Origin: Octopus sinensis
Taxonomy: Eukaryota
Assembly (NCBI RefSeq): GCF_006345805.1
Contig: NW_021832430.1
Coordinates: forward strand, 124,001 to 188,000
Direction of reading: 5' to 3'
Length of the DNA: 64,000 nucleotides
Part shown: positions 51,843 through 62,896 of the stretch, piece by piece
Layout: the number at the start of each line of letters is the position of its first letter
How positions within the stretch are numbered: position 1 is the first letter of the stretch
Made by a program: the position numbers and the translations under genes
The notes under the pieces: model-generated
Database searches by the model: none
Told to the model about the DNA's origin: nothing
Seen by the model: only the letters and a program-made list of their open reading frames with translations

Positions 51843-53163
51843 ATGCATTACTTTGTTAAGTCTGAGGTATAAATAATATAATATTTTCTGCTCGGTTTAT
51901 TTTGTGAATTGGATAGAAATATTTTATTCACATACAACTTATGCGACCTAATTCCAGATTCTCTTCTTAACGGGTTATACACCACTCAGTTTAATTACCA
52001 GAGAACATATCCTGGGATTCTCCATCTGTGGGAATTTCGTAATCTCTCTGTGCCCAGTCAGTCGGACAGATGATATATTTGAAACTGATTTTGCATTTCA
52101 CATTTGGGAATTCCGTTTTAGCGATCCAATGAAACTTGTAATTTGATTTTTAAAATGTTTTTTCAGATTTTTACCACTTCAATAAACGTCGATTCAGATC
52201 ACCTCGTGGAGGTGTACCAAGATATTAAAGGATCGAGAAATCTTGTGATCACAGCCAATCCATCCTTTGTGTACGAACAACTGAATATTAAAAATAAAAA
52301 GTTCTAGTCAAAACAATTCGGAATTAGTCGATTTTGTGTATATTTTTCTGACAAAGCCAATTCCATTGGAGTCTGGGTCCTCTAATGTTCAAAAAATTCA
52401 AATTTTGTGCAAAATGTTGCCCAGTCAAACAAAGCAGAGACAACCCATCATTTTCCACAAATATAAAAATTCAGAGTATTTTATTTGGGAGACTTATTGC
52501 GCTTTTTTAATAATTTCTGTGACAAATGGAGACCCCTTAGATTGTGCATTGCTGACATTTAGGAATAATTTATGGAGTTGTGATGACGATCAGTTGATGA
52601 ATTATTCACGTTTTTTATTATTAAGTTGATTTTTTGATTTAGTCCAGTGGGGAGTTGTTTTGGACACAGTTTTTGGTGATCCTTCCAGCACATTGCAGAT
52701 ATGGTATGTCCTCACCTTCGATGAGGTCGTCACTTTGTTAATTAAAAATAATTATTTAATTGACGGTCATGATCTGATGATGCATCTCCTCGACGTTAGA
52801 CATGCTCGGGTTTATATATAAGATTGTAGATGAGGAAAGAACCGTCTATTTCATGTTTATTTACAAATCAGGTTACCTGCTATTTTTAAAATGGGTCCTC
52901 AATACTGGAAGTTTGTTATTGTATTGTAAACTTGTAGAAATTATTGTTTTGGATGGATGTAATTCTGGTTTAGGGTATTATAGTATATATATTTAGAAAT
53001 TTAATTATATTAAAATCAGTGGCCCGTCTTCAAAAAATGAACAGCTGTCCTGTACTTAATAATAAACCATGGATTACTGGTTCATTTTGTGAAAATAATT
53101 ACATTAGGCCTCTCGTTGAATTATATTTTGCATCCATCGAATCAGATTGCACTTGTCCTTTGA
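51843..53163 (+). CDS. DCAF15: DDB1- and CUL4-associated factor 15-like; 5' end approximate
   Basis: EHILGFSICGNFVIS..FHIWEF, FLKWVLNTG, NNKPWITGLSLNYILHPSNQIALVL* match recalled DCAF15 GHIFLGFSKCGRYVLS..LYWWEF and AWDLNTG. Confidence 0.75.
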
Positions 53164-53620
53164 GTTCAATGTTGTTGATTGAATATTAAAAATGTTTTAA
53201 TTTTAGCTTCGCGTGTCACGAATTGATATATTTTTTTGATCTTGCTAAAAAAACAATTTTAAAACCCACGTGGAAAGACATCTTAGCGGTAAAGAATTTT
53301 CCCAATATTTCATTCTTAAGCGAAGAAAATATGAGTTATTTCTTTATAGAGATTACCGTCCCGAATTATTATTTAAGTACTCAGTAGATTTTGGAACTTT
53401 TAGCTTTCTTCACTTAAACCGACGTAAAAAGTTGATCACAATGTTTTTCTTAGTGGCAGGAAAAGTCGAGTTTTAGAGTGATTCCAAAAGATTATGTTAT
53501 TTGGACATTCTAAGAAAATTTGCTAAATATTCTCAAGGGACCCAAAATATTAGTCTAAGAGAAATCATGATCGTCGTTCGGAAACTTATAAAATCATACC
53601 TTCGTCACGAAATATACAAA

Positions 53621-53836
53621 CTCAGTTGAGACTTCCGGTTCCTTGGGCGGTAAGGCAATCAGCTTCGTTCAGGAGATCGGATCCCGCATGTCTGCTCTCA
53701 CAAGCGACGCCCGCGAATCAAGATGGTTTTTCGAGCGGATATCCCTCGCGATAGTACGCTCTAATTCTTTTTCGATCATGAAGTTTAGTTTCGGATTAGT
53801 TTTTTATGTTTCTAATAAGGAAAAAAATTGCAAATA
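53621..53836 (+). mobile_element. Short 5'-truncated CRE-like insertion with 11-bp TSD
   Basis: VETSGSLGGKAISF..RESRWFFERISLAIVRSN; aaatatacaaa at 53610-53620 and 53837-53847. Confidence 0.8.
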
Positions 53837-54161
53837 AAATATACAAATTTTGATAAAAGTGTCACAACTTCCGATTCGCTGACGTAATATCCCACATGCA
53901 TATATAGACAGTACTGCTGAAATGAAAAGCATTAGTGACCTAATTTTAAAATAAAACTCAGAGAGAACATTCACAGATGCGTTTAGGATACCACATAATC
54001 TAGAAGGGTCTTTAGTGACGCAGGATTTTTAACGACAGCCTGACCATTTGTCAAAAATCTTAGTGATTGACTAACAGCATTTTTGATAGTGAGAAAGCCT
54101 GACATTCAAAAACAGAAAAAATATGAATTGAGAAAAAAGGCCGATAAAAAGTGAGAAACGA

Positions 54162-55290
54162 CTATTCGCCTTCTAATTTAGACAATTCACTGCCATGAAC
54201 TGATTTCTCATGTTTCAGTCGAATTGCCGGATACTTGAAATACTGTCCACAATTGAAGCGGCAAGGAATATTTGGCTTATCGGGCTTCTCTCCCAAATGT
54301 TTGGTTCGAATGTGCTTTATCATATTCCCCTTGTAGATTGAACTGAACGAGCAACTCTTGCAATTGAACTGAGTTTTACATTCAAGCATTTCATTCACAT
54401 TCGAAGCAGAATTTTGAGGTTCCTCGTCCTCACTAGACGAAGGAAATTTGTTCGAGGACATTTTAATGTTCAAAGAGTCAGAATCTAAAAAATCCTCACG
54501 TTTCTCAGCCGCCGTAGAACTATCGCTGGTAACATCGAGTTTTTTCATGTCATCAGTCAAAGAACACACGTTATTCGTCTGGGAATTGTCGTCTTCTTGG
54601 TAATAATCGGAAATTTCGATTTTGATATCCTCCATTTTACGTTTGGCAGGAGATTCGACCTCTAACTTGACCTTTCTGGTTCTTGGATTCTCGGGAGTCG
54701 AACTCTTCTTAGGAGTTAACTTCGGCTTGACAGGAGTCACGTTGTTGACATGCAGTGCTGACATAGGGCTCTCCATTTTATGGCTATCTGGTACATTCTC
54801 TGCCGTTGTAATCCCGTTCTGCTCGTGTTTTTCATATTCAGGTGTTAATTGCGAAGGGTTCTGACATGGAGGTGTGTTTTCTGAGGGAACTATACTCTGG
54901 TTTTGCATCAAAAGGGAGTCACTCTCCATTTGATGGGTATCTGCTACATTTTCTGCCTTTGTAATCCCGTTCTGCTCGTATTTTTCATATTCAGGTGTTA
55001 ATTGCGCAGGGTTCTGACATGTAGGTGTGTTTTCTGTGGGAACTGGACTCTGGTTTTGTATCAGAAGGGAGTCGCTTATTTCCTCTTTCTGAGAAAAAGC
55101 ACACTGACTGTTCTCTTGAGCAGTACTCTCGTGGTTATCTGTTAATTAGTGACAAGTTATGATAACTCATCAAAGAAGCCGCTCCAAGCTTGTATTCGGA
55201 AACCTTGATTTTGAGCCAATTTGTGAAATTGATTTTATCATCCAAATTATCCATTGCATTCCACTCTTTGAAAAAAGAAACGTAAAATAA
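54162..55290 (-). CDS. C2H2 zinc-finger protein with disordered N-terminal region; 5' end uncertain
   Basis: FNCKSCSFSSIYKGNMIKHIRTKH and CRFNCGQYFKYPAIRLKHEKSVH; last exon of about 970 nt is open. Confidence 0.75.
54769..55076. repeat. In-frame 153-bp (51-aa) tandem duplication inside the zinc-finger gene
   Basis: ctctccatt at 54769 and 54922; SDSLLxQNQSxVPxENTPxCQNPxQLTPEYEK twice. Confidence 0.9.
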
Positions 55291-55543
55291 CTGCGACATG
55301 ACAGAAATAACGAAAATGCGGTACAAACGGTCGTTTTATTACGATCAGAACGGGATTTCTCTTTGAAAAATACTGATAAATAACGTGTTCCTGTTTATGA
55401 GTTATTTTGCATGTCTAATCAACTGCCCATTTGGCCATATTGAAGGTCAAAGCTTGAAATAAATTTATAAATTTCAATTTTTGAAATCAATATTAATGGT
55501 AATTGATCGACCTCGACAAGTTAATTCTTATATTATGCTAAAG

Positions 55544-56350
55544 CAGGCTGGCCAACCAATCGCATCGCGGGCCATTTGTCCAAATGAATCCTTTCCGCGG
55601 GCCGCATATACATGTACATACTAAGGATAGATATCAAAACAACACAATAAGATTTTATTTAGTAAAATAGCATTCAGTCCAATTATCTATCAATGAGAAA
55701 TCTGTTTTTCTTTATCTTCACTTAATTTTTTCAAATCAACTTCACAATTACTAGTTGCACATCTTAATTGGTTTCTAAGTTTTTCTGTTAAAGAAGATCT
55801 ATATCTACTTTACTAAACTTAATTTCGAAAAGATGATTCACATCGTAAGTAATCCAAAGGAGCTTCAACTCTTTGTGCAAAATTCTTAAGTTGGGATATT
55901 TTTCGGTCACATTTGTTATAAAAGTCAATTTTGGATTAGTAGGATAACAAGTCTTAGTTCACTGTTGCACTGTAGGTCAATTATTTCCGTCTGAAGTATT
56001 TGAAACATAGAAACGTCACATGAAATGGAGAAGAAAATGTTTCAAACTTTTCTCATATTTTTTTAGTTCCGAGATCGACTGTCAAATGCTGCAGCAAGAT
56101 TTTTATTTCATCAGCGTACTTGAAGAATTTTTACAATGGCTGATTTTAATTGATTTAGCGTTGAAAATGTTGATCATTCCATTTCTTATTTGACATTCAA
56201 ACATGAATTTCATTCGAAATGCTTTGACTTGATGGCAGCATTAGTAATCAAATTATCCTGTCCTTGTAACTCTTGTTTATTGATTAATTTTTTCGGTTTA
56301 TCTCCAAAAGCACAGATCTAGCATATTCTTCATCATTTAATTCAGTTAAA
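55544..56350 (-). mobile_element. Degenerate hAT (Charlie/SPIN/GTF2IRD2-like) transposon 3' part with terminal region
   Basis: LQGQDNLI, QTEIIDLQCNSEL, RSSLTEKLRNQLRCATSN..QISH*; caggctggccaac and gcgggcc subterminal motifs at 55544-55610. Confidence 0.75.
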
Positions 56351-56769
56351 ATTTTCCTTTTCTTCATATATAACAGCTACAAAAATAGATAAACTTTAAA
56401 ATTTATTAAACTTATAAAATTTATCTTTATTTATTAACTAAAAAAATTTATCTTGAATGTATAGGTTAACTACATACAAATTTCTCGCGACCAAACTATC
56501 GCGGTGCGTTGTTGATGTGCTAAAGTAATAAGAACAAAATGGTCTGTTTGACTGCAGATTCATTTGCAACGGGCCAGTCAAAATTTTTTAATTTTTTGTG
56601 AACTTGTAATTTTTAAATAGATTTTTTTACTTTTTATTTAGTTACTTTTTACTTAAATATAGAATAGTAAATGGAAAATAACATGTTATAAAATGAATAT
56701 TACTTTTAGTTATAAACATTTTGAAACTTGGAATTTTTTTTTGAAACTATAAAATAAATATTTAATTCT

Positions 56770-57050
56770 TAAGCGAACAAAATATGAGTTAGCTGCAGAG
56801 GATAAGATGGAATGGCAATTTCCTCGCAAAATGGGTATTGATATGCGTTGGAAAAGCCATATCTGTTCCAGATGATCGTTTATCCTTCTGCTTGCCAGAT
56901 CCCCCAGTTTAATAAGGAATTTTTTAGTTATGGGACCGAGGACTCTCGACATCTCCACTGCGATCGGGCAAAGATATGACAGTGCGATAAAGCACTGTAT
57001 TTATTGAGTTTTGACGCTTCTGCCAGGTTGGCTGCGGAGCCGCAGAGCCG
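56770..57050 (-). mobile_element. CRE-like 3' fragment
   Basis: ANLAEASKLNKYS..VEMSRVLGP..WLFQRISIPILRGNCHSILS. Confidence 0.8.
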
Positions 57051-57980
57051 GGCTCAAAAAAAACGTGACCACTAGTGTTTTTCTACTAAATTTTGGGTTT
57101 TTATAAAATTTAAGATACAACGCGATGCCATTCCAAAGTTTTCTTACCAAAAAGTATTTAATTGCGAAAAAAATTGAGAAGTAGAAATATCGACGGGTTT
57201 GCATTTGCCGCTGTTTGGAGATAGTCAGCTCTTTGAAAAACTGGAAGTGATTCTGTTTATGTCTTTCATAACGACCTCGGTGTGTTCACTATTCGTAAAG
57301 TCATCCAATTACTAGAGGTTAACACTGGATAAAAAGTTCAGTCCAATATGGTTAACAAAGAGGACAAACACCAATGGGTCACCCTGCTGAATACCGCATT
57401 CTGACATGATAATTAGGTTTTCCTAGAATTTCGCATTCAAAATTCGTGTTATCTTTTTAGTATCATACATGATTGGAATAATCTTGTTTTAAAATTAAAG
57501 ATGCTAAGGAAAACTGACATAAATTAAACAAATGAGAATTTTAAAAGGAAAAACCAATATTAAATTAATTCAGTCAAAATAGGCAACTATTAGGACTACT
57601 GTCAGTGTCGGAATTAGGAAACCAATGTTGAATTTTTGATTTCCTGAATATTTATTACATACTACCTTTTGTGACATCATTACCAAAAGCGTCCTTTACT
57701 TTGTCGAAGGCATTCTATAACTAGAAAACCATAAAAGCAATACATTAACTTCCGAGCCGATATCTGAAGGCAGTATCGTGCAGATTATCAAGACCAAGAA
57801 AAACATTTATATTTTGCCCAAATTCAAAATATAAATACAAAAATAACGGACTAATTGAACACGTTGCGCTCAATTACGTTGTAAAAAGGTAAAAAATAAC
57901 TAGTTTGAAAGATTCTGTGCTTTTGTTCCTGTCAGAGAATAAAGCGATAATCAATTTACTCTTTCAGTCATTCGTATTGG

Positions 57981-59010
57981 ACTGTATTTATTGAGTTTTA
58001 ATGCTTCTGCCAGGTTGGCCGCAGATTCATTTGCAACGGGGCAGTCAAAATTTTTTAAACATCCTCCTGAACCAGGCTGACCGGTTCCAGCTGTGATTGG
58101 AATCTGGCAGTTTCAAGATTTCGCTTGACTATGTCGTTCAGGGCAGTATGTCGAGTGAGGCGTCCGGAGCTTCTCTGGTACGATAATGGCTGCAGTCCAA
58201 TGGGGTCAACGGTCAATCCGCAGCGGCACCGGTGTTCCCGGCATACGTTTAGCCCCAGGCGCAATGAGACGCAGATCCTCAGGAAATCATCGTCCGATAA
58301 GGTTCCAATCGATTTCATTGGGATGGCTGTCAACCAAGCTCCCAATTATGGTTATGAGGCAGCCAATAAACAAACCAAGCGATGTTGATTAAGCTTAGGC
58401 TTGAGGTTGTTCAGCTTATGGTCACAGAGGATCTTGTCCCATTAACACAAGGTTTGATGTTTTTTCTGATAAGATCGAAACGAAACCGGTGTTAAAAATC
58501 GGGGAACCCAGAATCTTGGGATTACTGAGCGAGGTGACATGGATGTTAGGAAATAATGACTCGATAGAACCATCGGCAACGGAGAAACGGTGAACATCAT
58601 AACTGATGTTAAAGATTTCAGATTTTCGGAGATTGATTTCGAGGCCAATTGCGTGTAATGCTGGGATTAAAATTTTCGGGTCGTCAAGAACTGATTCGAG
58701 AGTACCTCCGATAGTGGCATTGTCCAAATACCATGCATTGAAAAAAGAGGATACACTTCTGGCAACGGGATCAATTGCCAGGAAAAAAAGAAGAGGACCC
58801 AGAGGGTCGCCTTGTTGGACAACGTTGCAGGACGAGGTTGAATGATCGCCAGCGATAAGGAGACTGGGGCGATCGTAGGCCAAAGCGAACAGGTGGCAAT
58901 AAAAGGTGAACGACGGATAATAGATTCAAAGATTACATCCCGACGAACGCTGTTAAAGGCGTTAATCAGGTCCAGCTTGATTAGAAGGCAAGGGTTATCC
59001 GGCCGATTTT
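57981..59010 (-). mobile_element. CRE-like RT and zinc-knuckle fragments with internal deletions
   Basis: LIKLDLINAFNSVRRD, VQQGDPLGPLLF, WYLDNATIGG, GAWLTAIP..CRCG..RHTALNDIVKR. Confidence 0.88.
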
Positions 59011-59019
59011 GTGAAACGG

Positions 59020-59250
59020 AAATGAACTTCAAAAAAATCAAATAATGAAAGACATCCAAGAGGAGGTAAAAGACATTCAAAAAAAATTAAATAAATACAA
59101 ATGAATTAATCAGTTGGATTAAAGATGATCCTCGGATCACTTTGAAAGAATGTGCACAGAAAATACAAAATAATTATTCAATGTCTGTTTCTCTTTCAAC
59201 AGTAAAAAATTGGCTGGATGGAAAATTAATTTCTCTCAAAACCTGTCGAC
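59020..59250 (+). mobile_element. Tc1/IS630 transposase HTH remnant
   Basis: PRGGKR..ISWIKDDPRITLKECAQKIQNNYSMSVSLSTVKNWL. Confidence 0.6.
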
Positions 59251-59319
59251 AGAGGAGAAAATTGTGAAAATGGATTATTATTAGTTAACCCCGGGATCAC
59301 AGGAAAGAGGAATAGTAAT

Positions 59320-59700
59320 CGTCTAATTAAGTGATCCCGGTGTCGGTGCGCCTCCTTTTATCTAATTCTTAATCAAAGTCCAAAAGGGGGATGGTTTTTT
59401 TTCAAATTTCCTAGCACACTTCTCACAGGCAAGATACTCCTCTTCAAGGGGACCTCCGTAGATCTTGCAATCGTTAAGAAGATGTGCTGTCTTTCTATAA
59501 GATGGTCCATTAATTTTTTGACGTTGAGTGTATTTCTCAATTCCGAAATCGGCGTCATTTTATCACGTTTCGGTAGAACTGGTTCTGTACAACTTCCAGT
59601 TTGTTTTGTGCATATATTGACAATGGCGTGATCCACGACACACAAGAAAATTGCCGGGTTGGAAACTATGTTCCCAATTAGAAGAAGGAAGACCTAGCAA
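59320..59700 (-). mobile_element. Probable 3' end of APE-type LINE
   Basis: PVRSVLGNLK resembles PVRSCVGSWK at about 61950; gatcac-ttaattag end resembles 50786-50810. Confidence 0.45.
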
Positions 59701-59946
59701 AAGCTAAGTTAGAAAATGGATGAAACAAATAATTAATTATAGATAATAACCATAAAATTTGCACGCTGGATTATTTCAAAGCAAACTTCAATAAATTAAT
59801 AAAATAATTAGGAGAATTAACAAATTCAATACAAATTATTTTGAAAAAATATTAATTTTTTCAAAGGGGTATTATGTCGCGAGCGCTGAGAGCGATCTAT
59901 CAATGTAAATGATTGTCAAAAATAAAAATAATTTATTACATCAAGG

Positions 59947-60710
59947 TGGACCCCGCCAACATAATTGACTCCAGGGCTCGCTTGACAATTTCGTTGATCG
60001 CCTTGTGTCTTGGGAATCGTCCTGCACTTCTTCGACAAGAGAGAGCATGGTTTCCATAACAATCGACGGTAGCCCCACACCGGCATTTGTGAGTCCGGCA
60101 AATCTCCAGTCCAAGTCTGGTGCTGATCCCAATGCGGACAGTATTGTCGTCAAGGTGGGTTCCGACACTATCAACGGGGAATGCATTGATCCAAGCTCCA
60201 CTCGATTCGCATCTTCCAGTCACTAGACAGGCACGTCTGTGTTGGTTTGATTGGTTCAGAAGCCTCTCGTATTTATCCTCGCAAATGGTCATGTAACGAT
60301 TTTTCTGCTCAGGCATCATCCCTCTCGAATGCTCCATCTCTGTGATTTCAGATGATTCAGTTTGGAGTTGGAGAATCATCCTGATCAGCAGTTGGCTGGA
60401 GTCCAAATAGGATAGATATGCGGGACAAGCCAGATCATTCGGAGAAGGGATTCCCAGTCCGCCCAGGTTAACGCTGTATGAAGCGCTGCAAGATCGATTC
60501 GTGTTCTGTACGATTGTGGTCGAGACAACTGGAGGAGTAAGTGGGAAATCGCTTCGCTTCCTAAAGAAGCTTGGACGCTTAGCCACATTAAAAAGCCACG
60601 ACATACGTGAGATCCGGTGGCTTCTCCAGTTGATCTCCGTTGCTATCGTGAGAGGCAACGCAACGTCAATTATGTTGGCGGGGTCCATATCGGATAAATG
60701 GCTTTGTTAA
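59947..60710. mobile_element. Rearranged CRE-like element: inverted 5' part (minus, 59970-60474) fused to 3' part (plus, 60474-60710)
   Basis: Minus strand GGLGIPS..GAWINAFP..CRCG..HALSC..KRALE; plus strand VETTGG..WLLQLISVAIVRGN; 23-bp perfect inverted repeat at the outer ends. Confidence 0.85.
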
Positions 60711-60839
60711 CTTCTAGTAAATAACAGTTTCTTCTTTTGTTAATTATAATTACATCAAAGTTAACTGAGGTCAATTATTGACAATTAATAAATGATAATT
60801 AACGATTATTTTAGTCGTTTTGAATTTTTCTAGTCGCCT

Positions 60840-62600
60840 TTAATGAACTTTCTTAAAAGACCCAGCACTATCTGTGACTTTGACAAAATTGTTAGACAAT
60901 TTCTCGACGATAGTTACTGGATCCCCATACGGATGTTCGAATTTTTTTAATCGAAGAGAAGGATTCGTCCCATAATCTTTTTGTACACGAACCTTTAAGT
61001 AATTAAAAATAGAATCTAACTCATATTTTGATTGATGAATTCCCATCTTCTTATTCATTTTTCTATAATATGAAGACTGCAAATTCATCCTCTCAAAATT
61101 AAACTGGTACTCATCATCTTTTCTAATCAATAACAATAAAAAACCTTTATTGTAAATGTCGAGATTTTCTACAACTTCCAATTCTTCCTAATCAAAACTT
61201 TTTGGATTTTCCTCAACACCTGATTTAACAACAGTGTTGAATCCAGGAATTGTCCGCATCTGGAATGGACTAACACATAGAAAATAAAAAAATGCAATTT
61301 ACATGTGGATGAATGAGCTCTGATTGTACAAAAACACACCTTTTCGAATGTGTTTTATCCACTCTTTTTTATCATCGTACTAGCCTCACGGGACCGGGAC
61401 ATCCAGAAGGCCTCCGAAAGGCTCCAAGCTAACTTGGATCGGCTGAACCTATGGCTGACGGACAACCGGCTCGTGGTAAACACGTCCTTCTTCACCTCAG
61501 ACAAAAGATTGGGAAGGACGTCAGTCGACTTAAAGCTGAATAATATGTCCGTACCCTTCTACAGGAGTCAGACGGTCCTAGGGGTAACCCTCGACATGCA
61601 CCTCTATTTCTCCCCACATGCGGACAACCTCCTTCGCAAATGCGAACAAAAATTGAACATACTACGAACTCTATCTGGAATATGGAAAAACGGGTCGCAC
61701 CCGGTACTGGCGAATATCTACCGCCAGTACTTCGAACCTTGTATTGCCTACACCTGCGGATCATGGGGTCCGCGGCTATCGTGGTCCAACAGGAGGCAAA
61801 TCGAGGAGGCCCAACAAAGAGCCCTCAGATTAACCGATCGTTGGTCACATGATAGCCAACGCTCCGGTCCAGCTTCTCTGAAAGACCTCATCAAGCTGAA
61901 CCTGGGCCCGTCAGCGAATGCTCCGCCAAAAACGGCCTGCCGCCCAGTGCGATCTTGTGTGGGCTCTTGGAAAGATCACCGAGCGAGGATGAGGTCCCTG
62001 GTTGAATGCATCGGGATCACGTGACGTTTGTTCGGTTTTTAGCGTGGTCTTGGTGATTTAATAAATAAATCGTCCGAAGCCATCAATTTGGATAAACTTG
62101 TGATTTTCTGATTAAATCTTTCAACTATCACCTGACTCTGGGGATTGTTGGGTCGTCCATGAATTTGAACAATTTTGTACTTTGACAGAGTTTTCTTATA
62201 TGGTCATTCTTGAACTCCCTACCATTGTCTGATTGCAAATATTTACAAGGCCCGTGATTTATAAAAATTTCTTCTAATTTATTTTGGCAATTTATTTGCA
62301 ACCAAGAAAATTGATTATTGCCATTTTCAAACTTTGGGAATAACACAATTTTATACCTTTTTAGGTCAATCAGATCAATCTGAAATCTTTCATTCGGTAC
62401 ATCCGCAAAAATATGACTTACGTCGTCATATTGTTTCAGCGGGATTGTAGACTGGCATATATCGCAGTCTCTTAGCACCTGACAAATACACCTCTTTTAA
62501 CTAAACAAAATCGTTTTCCATACAATGGTTAGCGTCGTGGATCTCTTCTACAATTGTCCACATCTCCTGTGTGTTGGTTGAGGCAATAACAATTTTAATC
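60840..62600 (-). mobile_element. Ginger/KRBA2-like integrase element, degenerate, split by a LINE
   Basis: CDICQ, ERFQIDLIDL, LQSDNGREF, QSQVIVERFNQ, resuming DDKKEWIKHI..FLYN below 61375. Confidence 0.75.
61375..62070 (+). mobile_element. 5'-truncated APE-type LINE (RT C-terminus) nested in the integrase element
   Basis: LQANLDRLNLWLTDNRL, VLGVTLDMHLYFSPH, IYRQYFEP; (taaa)n tail. Confidence 0.85.
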
Positions 62601-62896
62601 AAAAAAAGAATCTTTTATAAACCCAATTATTGTTTAGTCACTTTATTTTTACGGAAGTAATTTACTTCCTTTGGTATTAAAGGTTTGATCAAATCAGAAA
62701 AGACAGGTCCATACAATATGCAATTCAACACGATTCTATTCATCTTTATGTAGCGCAAAAAAATGTGTCCCTAATTAGAAGACGGAAATAAAGTTTGAAT
62801 AACGCCAATTATGATGAACTGAAGATCTTTAGGAAGTTGGCCAAATTTGGCTATAATAAACGCCAATATAATTCCAAAAGACCGTAATAAATCAAA

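Noticed and set aside
59936-60688. 250-aa ORF as a novel host protein
   Set aside because: Chimera of antisense and sense retrotransposon sequence created by the inversion.
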